DNA from: a virus
Direction: 5' to 3' (one strand)
Virus record (IMG/VR): IMGVR_UViG_3300028388_005362
Coordinates: 1-64,000 of that record
Length of the DNA: 64,000 nucleotides
Of this stretch, positions 48,914-56,830 are shown in pieces (position 1 is the stretch's first letter; the number at the start of each line of letters is the position of its first letter). The position numbers were made by a program, and so were the translations under genes. A model generated the notes under the pieces. The model saw nothing but the letters and a program-made list of their open reading frames with translations, did not search any database and was not told where the DNA came from.

Positions 48914-49401
48914 AGGTCTTTGACCATACTCATACTTACCTGGGTCTGCCATTCACGGGAGACCCTTTTTGCTACCCTTCTTTTGATGTCAATAACAGTG
49001 AGGTCCTTGACCAGACCTTTAAGGACGTTGTTGGCTTGTTCAATACTTGAGAACATCCAGTGCATCCACAAAGTTACCATGCCCGTCATTTCGTGGGGCT
49101 CGCTCTGGGATATATGCACACAGAGGTTTTCATCCTCTGCACGGGCAGTCAGGGCCTGGATGGTAGCTTCAGAGGCCATTATTTCCACCATTTCCCTGTG
49201 TTCTGTTCTGAAAAAGTCGGTATTCACCTTGATGGTGTACCCGGAGATGACTCCGTTGGTGATCAGGTTCTGCACCCTTACCAATGTAGGAGGAGGGCTA
49301 AGTCCTATCTTCACCGCCAAGTTCCGATTTGTGATACTGGCATCCTGTTCCAGGATTTTAAGTATCTCGACGTCTTTCTCGTCGATGACTTTCTTTTTCA
49401 T
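48910..49401 (-). CDS. Lrp/AsnC family transcriptional regulator
   Basis: IDEKDVEILKILEQDASITNRNLAVKIGLSPPPTLVRVQNLITNGVISGYTIKVN HTH, plus a diverged C-terminal RAM-like domain (HEMTG). Confidence 0.88.
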   Translation of the reverse strand: MKKKVIDEKDVEILKILEQDASITNRNLAVKIGLSPPPTLVRVQNLITNGVISGYTIKVNTDFFRTEHREMVEIMASEATIQALTARAEDENLCVHISQSEPHEMTGMVTLWMHWMFSSIEQANNVLKGLVKDLTVIDIKRRVAKRVSREWQTQVSMSMVKDL

Positions 49402-49469
49402 AGCTAAAGTTAATAACTGATAATTGTTGTTTGTTGGTTAAAGTAACGAAATAAAATAATTTATAACAA

Positions 49470-49498
49470 GCAAAAGAGGACATTAAATCCCCTTTTGC
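49470..49498 (-). terminator. Terminator between ung and the Lrp gene
   Basis: Minus strand GCAAAAGGGGA-loop-TCCTCTTTTGC followed by TTGTT. Confidence 0.7.
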
Positions 49499-49514
49499 AA
49501 AATTAAGTAAAAAC

Positions 49515-50588
49515 TTACCACTTTACGGTCTTTTTCCCGTGGTCCATTAGATAAACATTCGCCTGGGAAAAATGTTTGCACCCGAAAAACCCTCTGTTTG
49601 CGCTGAGAGGAGAAGGGTGTGCGGCTTCAAGGATCAGGTGTCGCTTCGCATCGATTAGGCCCTTGAGATTTCTGGCAGGGTTGCCCCACAACATGAATAC
49701 GACATTCTCCAAATTGTCGTTTATAAGGGAAATAGTTTTGTGGGTGAAGTTCTGCCAGCCTATCCTGCTATGAGAAGCGGGCTCTCCTTTTCGCACGGTT
49801 AAAATGGTATTGAGTAAGAATACACCTTGATAGGCCCATCGCTCCAGTGAGGGAAAACTCCTCAGGTAGAGTCCTCGGCTGACGTCCTTTTCTATCTCTT
49901 TGTAGATGTTCTTCAGAGAAGGAGGTACAACGGAGGGGTCCTTGCTTGAAAAAGCAAGACCGTGTGCCATTCCAGGGGTGTGGTAAGGGTCTTGTCCGAG
50001 TATCACAACTTTTATGTTGTCAAACCCGGTCAATCGATAAGCGTTGAATACGTCGGATGAATCCGGGAAGATGGTATGGGAAGCTCTTTCTTGCTTGAGC
50101 AACTTCATCATTTCCTTCATATAAGGCTGAAGGAACTGCTTACCTATCTTCGGTGCCCACTGATGCCCCACCAGGTCCACTATCTTCTCGTGAAGAGCAG
50201 ATTTAGGACGGCGGGTCCAATGGGAAAGTCCGACTATCCACCAACCGGAGTCATCGGGAGGGGTTCCAGGATACCGGTTCCCGTCCTCGATGACATGTTC
50301 GGCGTTGATGAGATAATCCACATACGGGGTTCTGTAACAGATCACCTTCCCTGCCGAAGACAATCCTTGTCTTACTAAGAATGCCTGTTGTGAAGGCATC
50401 CAATGCTCGTCAGTGACTTCGACAAGGGAGGTGTCGTTATCGACGGTTGCCAGAAGCTCCTCGCTTCCCCTTCCGTCGTCCGGTTCCAGAATTATCATAT
50501 CATCGCGTAATTTTGCCGTAAATGTTGATGGTTGGTACATGTTTAAGGGTTTCAACAGGGTCAGCTCCAAGCAGTTCGCATATTTCAT
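49515..50588 (-). CDS. ung: Uracil-DNA glycosylase (family 1) with ~130-aa N-terminal extension
   Basis: VVILGQDPYH, HGLAFS, PPSLKNIY, GVFLLN and HPSPLSA. Confidence 0.95.
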   Translation of the reverse strand: MKYANCLELTLLKPLNMYQPSTFTAKLRDDMIILEPDDGRGSEELLATVDNDTSLVEVTDEHWMPSQQAFLVRQGLSSAGKVICYRTPYVDYLINAEHVIEDGNRYPGTPPDDSGWWIVGLSHWTRRPKSALHEKIVDLVGHQWAPKIGKQFLQPYMKEMMKLLKQERASHTIFPDSSDVFNAYRLTGFDNIKVVILGQDPYHTPGMAHGLAFSSKDPSVVPPSLKNIYKEIEKDVSRGLYLRSFPSLERWAYQGVFLLNTILTVRKGEPASHSRIGWQNFTHKTISLINDNLENVVFMLWGNPARNLKGLIDAKRHLILEAAHPSPLSANRGFFGCKHFSQANVYLMDHGKKTVKW

Positions 50589-50916
50589 ACCAGCTCTGAC
50601 GGAAGTCTTTGTTGGTATGGATAAGATCCACGGCTTTACTGTTGGCGAACAAGGCTGTGGTCCGATCCTTGTTCAACAGCGGCCCTGCTGTTTCTGCAGT
50701 GTATTTGTATATACCGGTCAAGGCTAACCAAAAGAGTTTACGCCCGTCCGCATAGTAACGTGTCTGGGTCTTGCTGACCAGGTTTTCACGGGTCAACCCG
50801 GTTACTTTCAAAACGGCTTTGTAAACATCTTTCTCAGGGTCCGCAATAAGCCCCAGAATTACTTCCGGGGCGCTGCGGTTGTCTATGGCTTGCTGTATAG
50901 CTTCAATCTTTGTCAT
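50500..50916 (-). CDS. DnaA C-terminal (domain IV)-like HTH protein
   Basis: GLTRENLVSKTQTRYYADGRK...AGPLLNKDRTTALFA parallels the DnaA 'S..R......R....IG..F..RDHTTV' pattern. Confidence 0.65.
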   Translation of the reverse strand: MTKIEAIQQAIDNRSAPEVILGLIADPEKDVYKAVLKVTGLTRENLVSKTQTRYYADGRKLFWLALTGIYKYTAETAGPLLNKDRTTALFANSKAVDLIHTNKDFRQSWYEICELLGADPVETLKHVPTINIYGKITR

Positions 50917-51112
50917 AACCTTTGAATCTTACCTGTCGACTTTGGCACCGGGGACAGGAGATGGCTCCTGTTTTTGGGTCCTCTACGGTACGGGTTTTGT
51001 CGTACATAATTAAACTGCTTGACTGTGGGGGTCGGGGGTGATCAAATACGTGACTGCAATGCAGACACTTTAATTTGACCAGATGGTCGTGTATCTGTTT
51101 CTCCGGGCTCAT
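50903..51112 (-). CDS. Zinc-ribbon protein
   Basis: CLHC...CPRC; likely ATG at 51112. Confidence 0.6.
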   Translation of the reverse strand: MSPEKQIHDHLVKLKCLHCSHVFDHPRPPQSSSLIMYDKTRTVEDPKTGAISCPRCQSRQVRFKGYDKD

Positions 51113-51212
51113 ATCCACAATGTGCGCAGAATCCCTTGGCTGCAGGGACAATCAAATTATCCTTGCCGCACTTGGGGCATTCTGGTAATGGGTCTTTAAT
51201 CTTCTTGTTCAT
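51042..51212 (-). CDS. Small zinc-ribbon protein (56 aa, not in ORF track)
   Basis: MNKKIKDPLPECPKCGKDNLIVPAAKGFCAHCGYEPG... Confidence 0.55.
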   Translation of the reverse strand: MNKKIKDPLPECPKCGKDNLIVPAAKGFCAHCGYEPGETDTRPSGQIKVSALQSRI

Positions 51213-52245
51213 CGGCTGCTACCTCCATAGGTTCTAATACAAACTCCCCACCATTCTCCAGCTCTTCGCGGGAGAATATCCAATTCTGATCCTTAGAGTG
51301 GGAGAGAATACGACGGATGAGGTCCATGTATTCTTCTCTACCCATTTCCAAGTACTTCCTGTGTACTTTGAACCTACGTACCAGGTTGTAGCCCGTGGTC
51401 TCAACAACGACCATATAATGGTCTGCGGGTTTGAAACCTTTAAAGCCAGCTTCTTCCAGGCGGTACATCACTGCACGCTCGTAGAATGCCATCTGGCGGT
51501 AGTATCGATAATATTCGAATGAATTTTGAAAACGTTGGACGCTCTTTGACGTGGTTTTAAGGTCTCTGATGGAGAAGGTCTTGTTCTCCATGTCGAGTAG
51601 AAGTCCGTCGAGCTTACTTTTACACTCAACAATTTGTCCGTCCACATCCAGTTTCCAGAATATCTCTTTCTCCAGAAACAGTTGTTGCTTGGATGTTTGT
51701 GGTTCAGCAAACATCTCTTTAACAGAAGGACGTTGAGTGAGGTTCAGTTTGATTCTGGTGATATTGGACATGGTCTTTGCATCCACGATGTCCTTGCCTT
51801 CGTTGACAAGCATGAAGTTCCAATATGCTTGCCCACTCTTTTGTATATCCTTGATGATACGATCGTCCTTGTAGTTCCCCTTGCCGTATTTTAATTCGTT
51901 GGCTGCTTTGAGAACAAAGACCTTGTTATCTTCAATGGATGTATTTCCCCCGGCTTCTCCAAAGCTGAGGGATTCTGTGCTTCCTGCCTCTTTTCTGTAC
52001 TGTAAGGCTTTGTCGATGATGTTCTTGACCGTGTCACTGGGCACTTTGTCCAGCATGACCGGTTCAATATTCTCCAATATCAACTTATGGACCAAATCGC
52101 CCAAGGTGAGTGCCTTGGTATCGTCTCCTTTAAAGGTGCCCATGACATAGTCGTGGTACTTTTCAGGAGAGCCGCCTTCATCCGGGTTGATGTAGGAGAG
52201 TGAGCTATTGTTGATAGCTTTTGACTCCTCATAGGTAGTGTTCAT
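51196..52245 (-). CDS. PD-(D/E)XK exonuclease (RecE/ExoVIII-like)
   Basis: GDLVH, EKEIFW, CKSKLD, DLKTT and YYRQMAFY. Confidence 0.8.
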   Translation of the reverse strand: MNTTYEESKAINNSSLSYINPDEGGSPEKYHDYVMGTFKGDDTKALTLGDLVHKLILENIEPVMLDKVPSDTVKNIIDKALQYRKEAGSTESLSFGEAGGNTSIEDNKVFVLKAANELKYGKGNYKDDRIIKDIQKSGQAYWNFMLVNEGKDIVDAKTMSNITRIKLNLTQRPSVKEMFAEPQTSKQQLFLEKEIFWKLDVDGQIVECKSKLDGLLLDMENKTFSIRDLKTTSKSVQRFQNSFEYYRYYRQMAFYERAVMYRLEEAGFKGFKPADHYMVVVETTGYNLVRRFKVHRKYLEMGREEYMDLIRRILSHSKDQNWIFSREELENGGEFVLEPMEVAADEQED

Positions 52246-52284
52246 AACTTTATTTTCTTTCTTGATTGCTTGATTAAAGAATCA

Positions 52285-52310
52285 CAAATTTAAACAGAAT
52301 TATATTCTGT
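52285..52310 (-). promoter_or_regulatory. Bacteroidota promoter with adjacent perfect Lrp-type operator
   Basis: TAAATTTG on the - strand at 52285-52292; palindrome ACAGAAT-TAT-ATTCTGT at 52294-52310. Confidence 0.6.
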
Positions 52311-52312
52311 GA

Positions 52313-52383
52313 AAGGGTAGGAAGGAGAATACTCATAAATGAGTATTTTTCACAAAATTTGTGTTAATCTCCTTCCTATCCTT
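52313..52383. repeat. Nested inverted-repeat (branched hairpin) element
   Basis: 16-bp outer arms with 1 mismatch, enclosing ATACTCAT-AA-ATGAGTAT and CACAAA-A-TTTGTG. Confidence 0.8.
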
Positions 52384-52397
52384 GGACAAGCAAAATA

Positions 52398-53807
52398 TTA
52401 TGCTTTTATTTCGAAGTCGGGTCCCGTTTCATTGGGATTGTCCATTGACAGATCCACCAAGCGGCCTTTGAGCAGCTCAATGACCTCATCCAGTTCGACG
52501 TCTTCAATATCACGAGAAGCCATCTCATGACGCTTGACGCGCAACTCCTGCAAACGCTCACTTACTTTGGAGCGTTCGTAGTCCAGAAAGTCCACTTCGA
52601 AATACTTAGTATCTACCTCACGAATTTTCCCGTCCTCGTCCAGTTCACACACCGCATAAGGGTAGTATCTGCTGGTACGCATCTTCTCAAAATTGTAGTC
52701 GTAAGGAACTGCGGCAACGTCAGCCGGATTGACCAGGCATGCCAGGACAAAACGGTCTTCCTGATGCCCCCCAAACATTTTCACATACCCGGGTGCACCT
52801 ACGTGCAGACCGGAAGAACATGTGTTGTTCGGGTTGGTATCGCAATCTTCCATTGGCATTTCCACTGGGGTCCCCAGCTTGATGGTCATGCGGCGGCTGT
52901 GAATGTCGGTGAAGACATCTTCGCCATCGGTGGAGACCTTGAACTTTTGGATGAGTTCTTCGTACAGCTGTTCGAGGTTGCCCAGGTGATGCCACAACTC
53001 TGTTTCGTTCACCAGAGCTTCGACCTCAGGATTGGTCAGACGCTGGTATCCCAAACTCTCAGCCAAGGCTAAGCCGGCCTCAAATGTATAATCCGGGTTG
53101 TTGTACTTGAAGCGTTCGTATGCCTGGTTACGGTCGAAGTCGTCCTGCAGATACTCCACAACATGGTCCCACTCACGCTCATCTCTCCAGAACTCCACAT
53201 TTCTTTCCACGATCTCTGCCCACTCCTTGGGAGTGTATAGCATGAATCCATCATCTTCGTCTTCTCCCTGTCGGAACACCTCGTAATCCTGAGGCTTGCG
53301 TCCGTTGGAGATATGATAGAGGAATTTGCCGGAAATAAAAGCTGCATAGTTCTTGAAGGATTGTCCTTTCCACAGAACAGATTTGTAGGCGATAAAGTAG
53401 CCGTGGTCTGTGATTGGGAACTGGAAGCGGTCTGCAAATGAGAACAAATCATCCTTGACGTGCTCATTCTCATTAGTCATTAGCAGACGCCAGAAGTTGA
53501 TCAGTGGGTCAACTCCCAGCTCATCCTCTTCTCTTTCCTTGATGCGGTCGACCATCAGCTGAGGTAAGGCACGACGGATACCATCGAGGAAGTACTTACC
53601 CTTGCGGTTCTTTTTGAGTACACCTTCGGTGGTCATGAAATCATCTGAGAAAAATTCAGCAAGCATGCTGGGCCAGTCGATCAGTTTTTTGGCGTCCTCA
53701 ACCATTTGCCTGGCGTGTTCCTCTTCTTCGAAGGGAACCTGATACTGTTTTCCATTAACATACGCAGTTACAGTACTACCACTGCGCATTACAATAGGTT
53801 TTGCCAT
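52398..53807 (-). CDS. rIIB-like protein
   Basis: PLINFWRLLMTN, PITDHGYFIAYKSV, CSSGLHVG and VNPADVAAVPYDYNFEKMRTSRY. Confidence 0.8.
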   Translation of the reverse strand: MAKPIVMRSGSTVTAYVNGKQYQVPFEEEEHARQMVEDAKKLIDWPSMLAEFFSDDFMTTEGVLKKNRKGKYFLDGIRRALPQLMVDRIKEREEDELGVDPLINFWRLLMTNENEHVKDDLFSFADRFQFPITDHGYFIAYKSVLWKGQSFKNYAAFISGKFLYHISNGRKPQDYEVFRQGEDEDDGFMLYTPKEWAEIVERNVEFWRDEREWDHVVEYLQDDFDRNQAYERFKYNNPDYTFEAGLALAESLGYQRLTNPEVEALVNETELWHHLGNLEQLYEELIQKFKVSTDGEDVFTDIHSRRMTIKLGTPVEMPMEDCDTNPNNTCSSGLHVGAPGYVKMFGGHQEDRFVLACLVNPADVAAVPYDYNFEKMRTSRYYPYAVCELDEDGKIREVDTKYFEVDFLDYERSKVSERLQELRVKRHEMASRDIEDVELDEVIELLKGRLVDLSMDNPNETGPDFEIKA

Positions 53808-56172
53808 ATAGCGATTTGAAATTTAAAAGGGATTTTAGATATGAGTTGAAATATTTTTCGGGATTTGAGTCATCCACCATCAGCCTGGTGATGAGTGAGC
53901 GGGAAGTCTCCCTAACTCCTGTAATCCAGAGATTGTCTTGCAGGAACCGGTATATCAACCGATGCACAGAGAACATGTCGTAGTTGACTCCGTCCACAGT
54001 ATGAATAATATCAGCATGCAGACTGGCGTAAGGCCCCCAATTACGGAAAGGTATATACGGAAGATCCTTCTTTACCCGGTGCTCTTTATAAAAGGACCTG
54101 TATACTCCATAGAGTTTTTCCAGACGGCTGTCTTTGACAAGGTGCCTGATAGCCTCATACTGCTTGTTGAAGTCAGGAAAAGCAACAATGAAATAACTGC
54201 GGGCAATATCCTTGGCAAATACCTTCATTGCCTGGTTCGGGGACAAGAATCTTGGGTTGTCCCTGAAATACTTCAGATTAGCCTGACTCACCCGGGCAAA
54301 AGCCACCCTTTTAGAGAATCTATTGTACCCTGTAAAGCTCATGCCTTCAAACTTTTTAAGCGATTTAAGCGAAAGCGCCAGGTTCTCTAAACGATTGGTA
54401 TCATCCATGGTACCTACAACAAAGAGTAATTTTTCGGAAGCCTCAAAGATGTCAGCTACTTTGTGGTTGTCCGTATACCAATAGAAATCATAACAGGTAC
54501 TTGGTTGAAGCAATCGGAAAGTGATTTTTTCGTTTCCTCTTTTTCTTTCCCGCTCTTCCTTGAGGTCTGATTCGTACTGCTTGATCCACTCGTCAGGAAC
54601 TTGGTGCTCTTCATAGCTGTCCACATTGTGTAGCAAGTAATTGCTTATGTACTCTCGGTAGAATATCACGGCTTTGTCCTGGGTTTCCTGGGGAATTTTC
54701 ATGGCTTCGCCAGCAGCTATTTTAGCGAACACATTTTGGTTGTAGTTCCTTGGGCGGATCAAGTAGATATTGTTTCCGTACTTCTCATTCAGGTACAATG
54801 CTTTACGCTTTGACACTTTTTCTTCTTGGACGCGCAGGCACACAGTATCCTTGTCCCAATAGCGGTTTTTATATTGAGAGGAAAAACCCCACAAATAAGC
54901 ACCTACCTGGAATTCGTGTTTGGGCTCCCGCCCATCAGCTTCGTCTTTTTTGTAACTTTCGCTCTCTGATGCCACCTTTAGCACTTTCCCACGGGCCAGT
55001 TTTCTTTTGACCTCGTACTCAAAGAATGGGTTTAAAGGAATATCAAATTTCATTTGATTCTCCTTTTCAAAGGCTTCAAAGGGAGTGAAGACTACATGGT
55101 TCTTTATTTTGAAAGGTACCCAAAGGTTGACATCCTCTGTAAGAGGGATGTAGTCTAAAGACCTTCCTTGTAGATACTCTTTCAAATCGTCGAACCGCAG
55201 TTTATTTCTGGTTATCTCAAAGAGTTCCAGCAGCATATCGACAATTTTATTGACTATCTTCTCGGCAACATCGTCCTTGTACTCAAGAGATTCTCGGGAC
55301 ATGGTCACCGGCAGCTGCCCTACCTCAAAGCGAAGGGCAACAGGAGTATAAAGTACTTTGTCAACATTGGTTATCTTGGCAAATCGCTCAGAGATCCTCT
55401 TGGTGAGAAGTTCTTTGATATGGGATTCGCTGATGGGATACCGGACACGCCCCAGGGCAATCTCCAATTTTTCTGGGGTATTGCTTGGGTTGTAAAGGAA
55501 TGTTTTTCCTTTGATTATCTGGAAGTCATTGTCGGCTGTTATGAATCCTTGGTAATACAGCTCTTCGAAGTAGCGAAGCTGGTTTTTGATGGCTATCTTG
55601 AACAGATCTTCGTCCTTAACGGACTTCAACGATATGCTCACCTGGGTTCCATTGCCTTTTTCGGTTTCATAGGAGTCCATCAGTTTGATGGAAGGGGCTT
55701 TCTCGCCCCGGTGTACCGTGTAGATGTACTCTGTACCGGCAAATCGGGTGCGCACATTGAATGCGTCCACGTATGCCAGAGGTGACTTGGCGCCAATACC
55801 AAAACCACCGATCTGTCCGTTGGTCTCTCTTTTGGTGGAAGAAAAGTACTTGGCGTAAATCTTGGCGACCCTTTCACGAGACATACCCACACCGAAGTCT
55901 TCCACTACAAAACGAGCCGGAAGGTCAGAGGATGGGTCCGAGGGAAATAACGAGACGAGTACGGGCTTATCGACCTTGGCTTCTATATGTGAGTCGACGC
56001 CATTAGAGACGATTTCCCGCACGATTGACCCTATCTTATCCGAATAGGTGGAATCGGAGAAAACCTTGAAGAAAATGCCCAAAGATTCGCTGTCAAGGGC
56101 AAATTCCTGCTCTGCTATATTCTCACCACCGATAACTTCGGTAGTGGTATCTTGAACTTGATCAATTATCAT
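53776..56172 (-). CDS. rIIA-like protein (GHKL/HSP90-type ATPase N-terminus)
   Basis: YSDKIGSIVREIVSNGVDSH, DFGVGMS, STKRETNGQIGGFGIGAKSPLAY and NGT. Confidence 0.85.
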   Translation of the reverse strand: MIIDQVQDTTTEVIGGENIAEQEFALDSESLGIFFKVFSDSTYSDKIGSIVREIVSNGVDSHIEAKVDKPVLVSLFPSDPSSDLPARFVVEDFGVGMSRERVAKIYAKYFSSTKRETNGQIGGFGIGAKSPLAYVDAFNVRTRFAGTEYIYTVHRGEKAPSIKLMDSYETEKGNGTQVSISLKSVKDEDLFKIAIKNQLRYFEELYYQGFITADNDFQIIKGKTFLYNPSNTPEKLEIALGRVRYPISESHIKELLTKRISERFAKITNVDKVLYTPVALRFEVGQLPVTMSRESLEYKDDVAEKIVNKIVDMLLELFEITRNKLRFDDLKEYLQGRSLDYIPLTEDVNLWVPFKIKNHVVFTPFEAFEKENQMKFDIPLNPFFEYEVKRKLARGKVLKVASESESYKKDEADGREPKHEFQVGAYLWGFSSQYKNRYWDKDTVCLRVQEEKVSKRKALYLNEKYGNNIYLIRPRNYNQNVFAKIAAGEAMKIPQETQDKAVIFYREYISNYLLHNVDSYEEHQVPDEWIKQYESDLKEERERKRGNEKITFRLLQPSTCYDFYWYTDNHKVADIFEASEKLLFVVGTMDDTNRLENLALSLKSLKKFEGMSFTGYNRFSKRVAFARVSQANLKYFRDNPRFLSPNQAMKVFAKDIARSYFIVAFPDFNKQYEAIRHLVKDSRLEKLYGVYRSFYKEHRVKKDLPYIPFRNWGPYASLHADIIHTVDGVNYDMFSVHRLIYRFLQDNLWITGVRETSRSLITRLMVDDSNPEKYFNSYLKSLLNFKSLYGKTYCNAQW

Positions 56173-56182
56173 GAGATGGATT

Positions 56183-56830
56183 TTAAAATTCGATCTTCTC
56201 GACTGCTGGTTCTTCGCCTATCGGGGTGTGCTGATAAGGACTCAGTCGGATGATCAGACGTCTTTGAACGTCTTCTGGGATGAAACAATATTCCCCGCCA
56301 CCGGCCTTTCGGACCAAGTCGCAGGTGTCATTAGGTATAACGCCAACGTCTACCAGGGAATCCAAGATAACCTTGTTGTATATCCAGGAGTTGTTGTCCA
56401 CATCAAAGAGTTGTTTGGGTTCAGGCAAGTAAAAGCTCAGCTCCATCTGGATAGGAAACCAGTGTTGAGGGATTTTCTTGATTGGAGCATCTTTGAGCGC
56501 CTTGCGTATTTCCTCACGGAAATACTCTTTGATGGCATTGACCATTTGGTAGCGTTGTATAGGCACATTGCCGCCGCTGTAGAAATCCTGACCGTTTATT
56601 TTCTTGAGTCTGGGGGTTCCTACGGTCTTGGGATTGGCAATGACCTTTTCTCCCGTGAGCTTGCTGATTAGAATACCTTCCTTGTTGAATCCGTATAGCT
56701 TACGATTCTGATACTTCTTGGGAAGGTTTTTCTTTTCAACCCATTCACGGGTGTAGTATCGGGCACGTCTGCTTTTTGCCAGCTGGACGTGTGTGATATA
56801 ATTGGGGATTTGAATGATTAATTCTGACAT
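56183..56830 (-). CDS. RusA-like Holliday junction resolvase
   Basis: DVDNNSWIYNKVILDSLVDVGVIPND. Confidence 0.7.
   Translation of the reverse strand: MSELIIQIPNYITHVQLAKSRRARYYTREWVEKKNLPKKYQNRKLYGFNKEGILISKLTGEKVIANPKTVGTPRLKKINGQDFYSGGNVPIQRYQMVNAIKEYFREEIRKALKDAPIKKIPQHWFPIQMELSFYLPEPKQLFDVDNNSWIYNKVILDSLVDVGVIPNDTCDLVRKAGGGEYCFIPEDVQRRLIIRLSPYQHTPIGEEPAVEKIEF

Noticed and set aside
49402-49465. Lrp autoregulatory box upstream of the lrp gene
   Set aside because: Only weak matches (e.g. GAAAT-AAA-ATAAT) in very AT-rich DNA, not distinguishable from chance.
52313-52383. tRNA or MITE
   Set aside because: No T-loop/D-loop consensus, no target-site duplication and no second copy was noticed.
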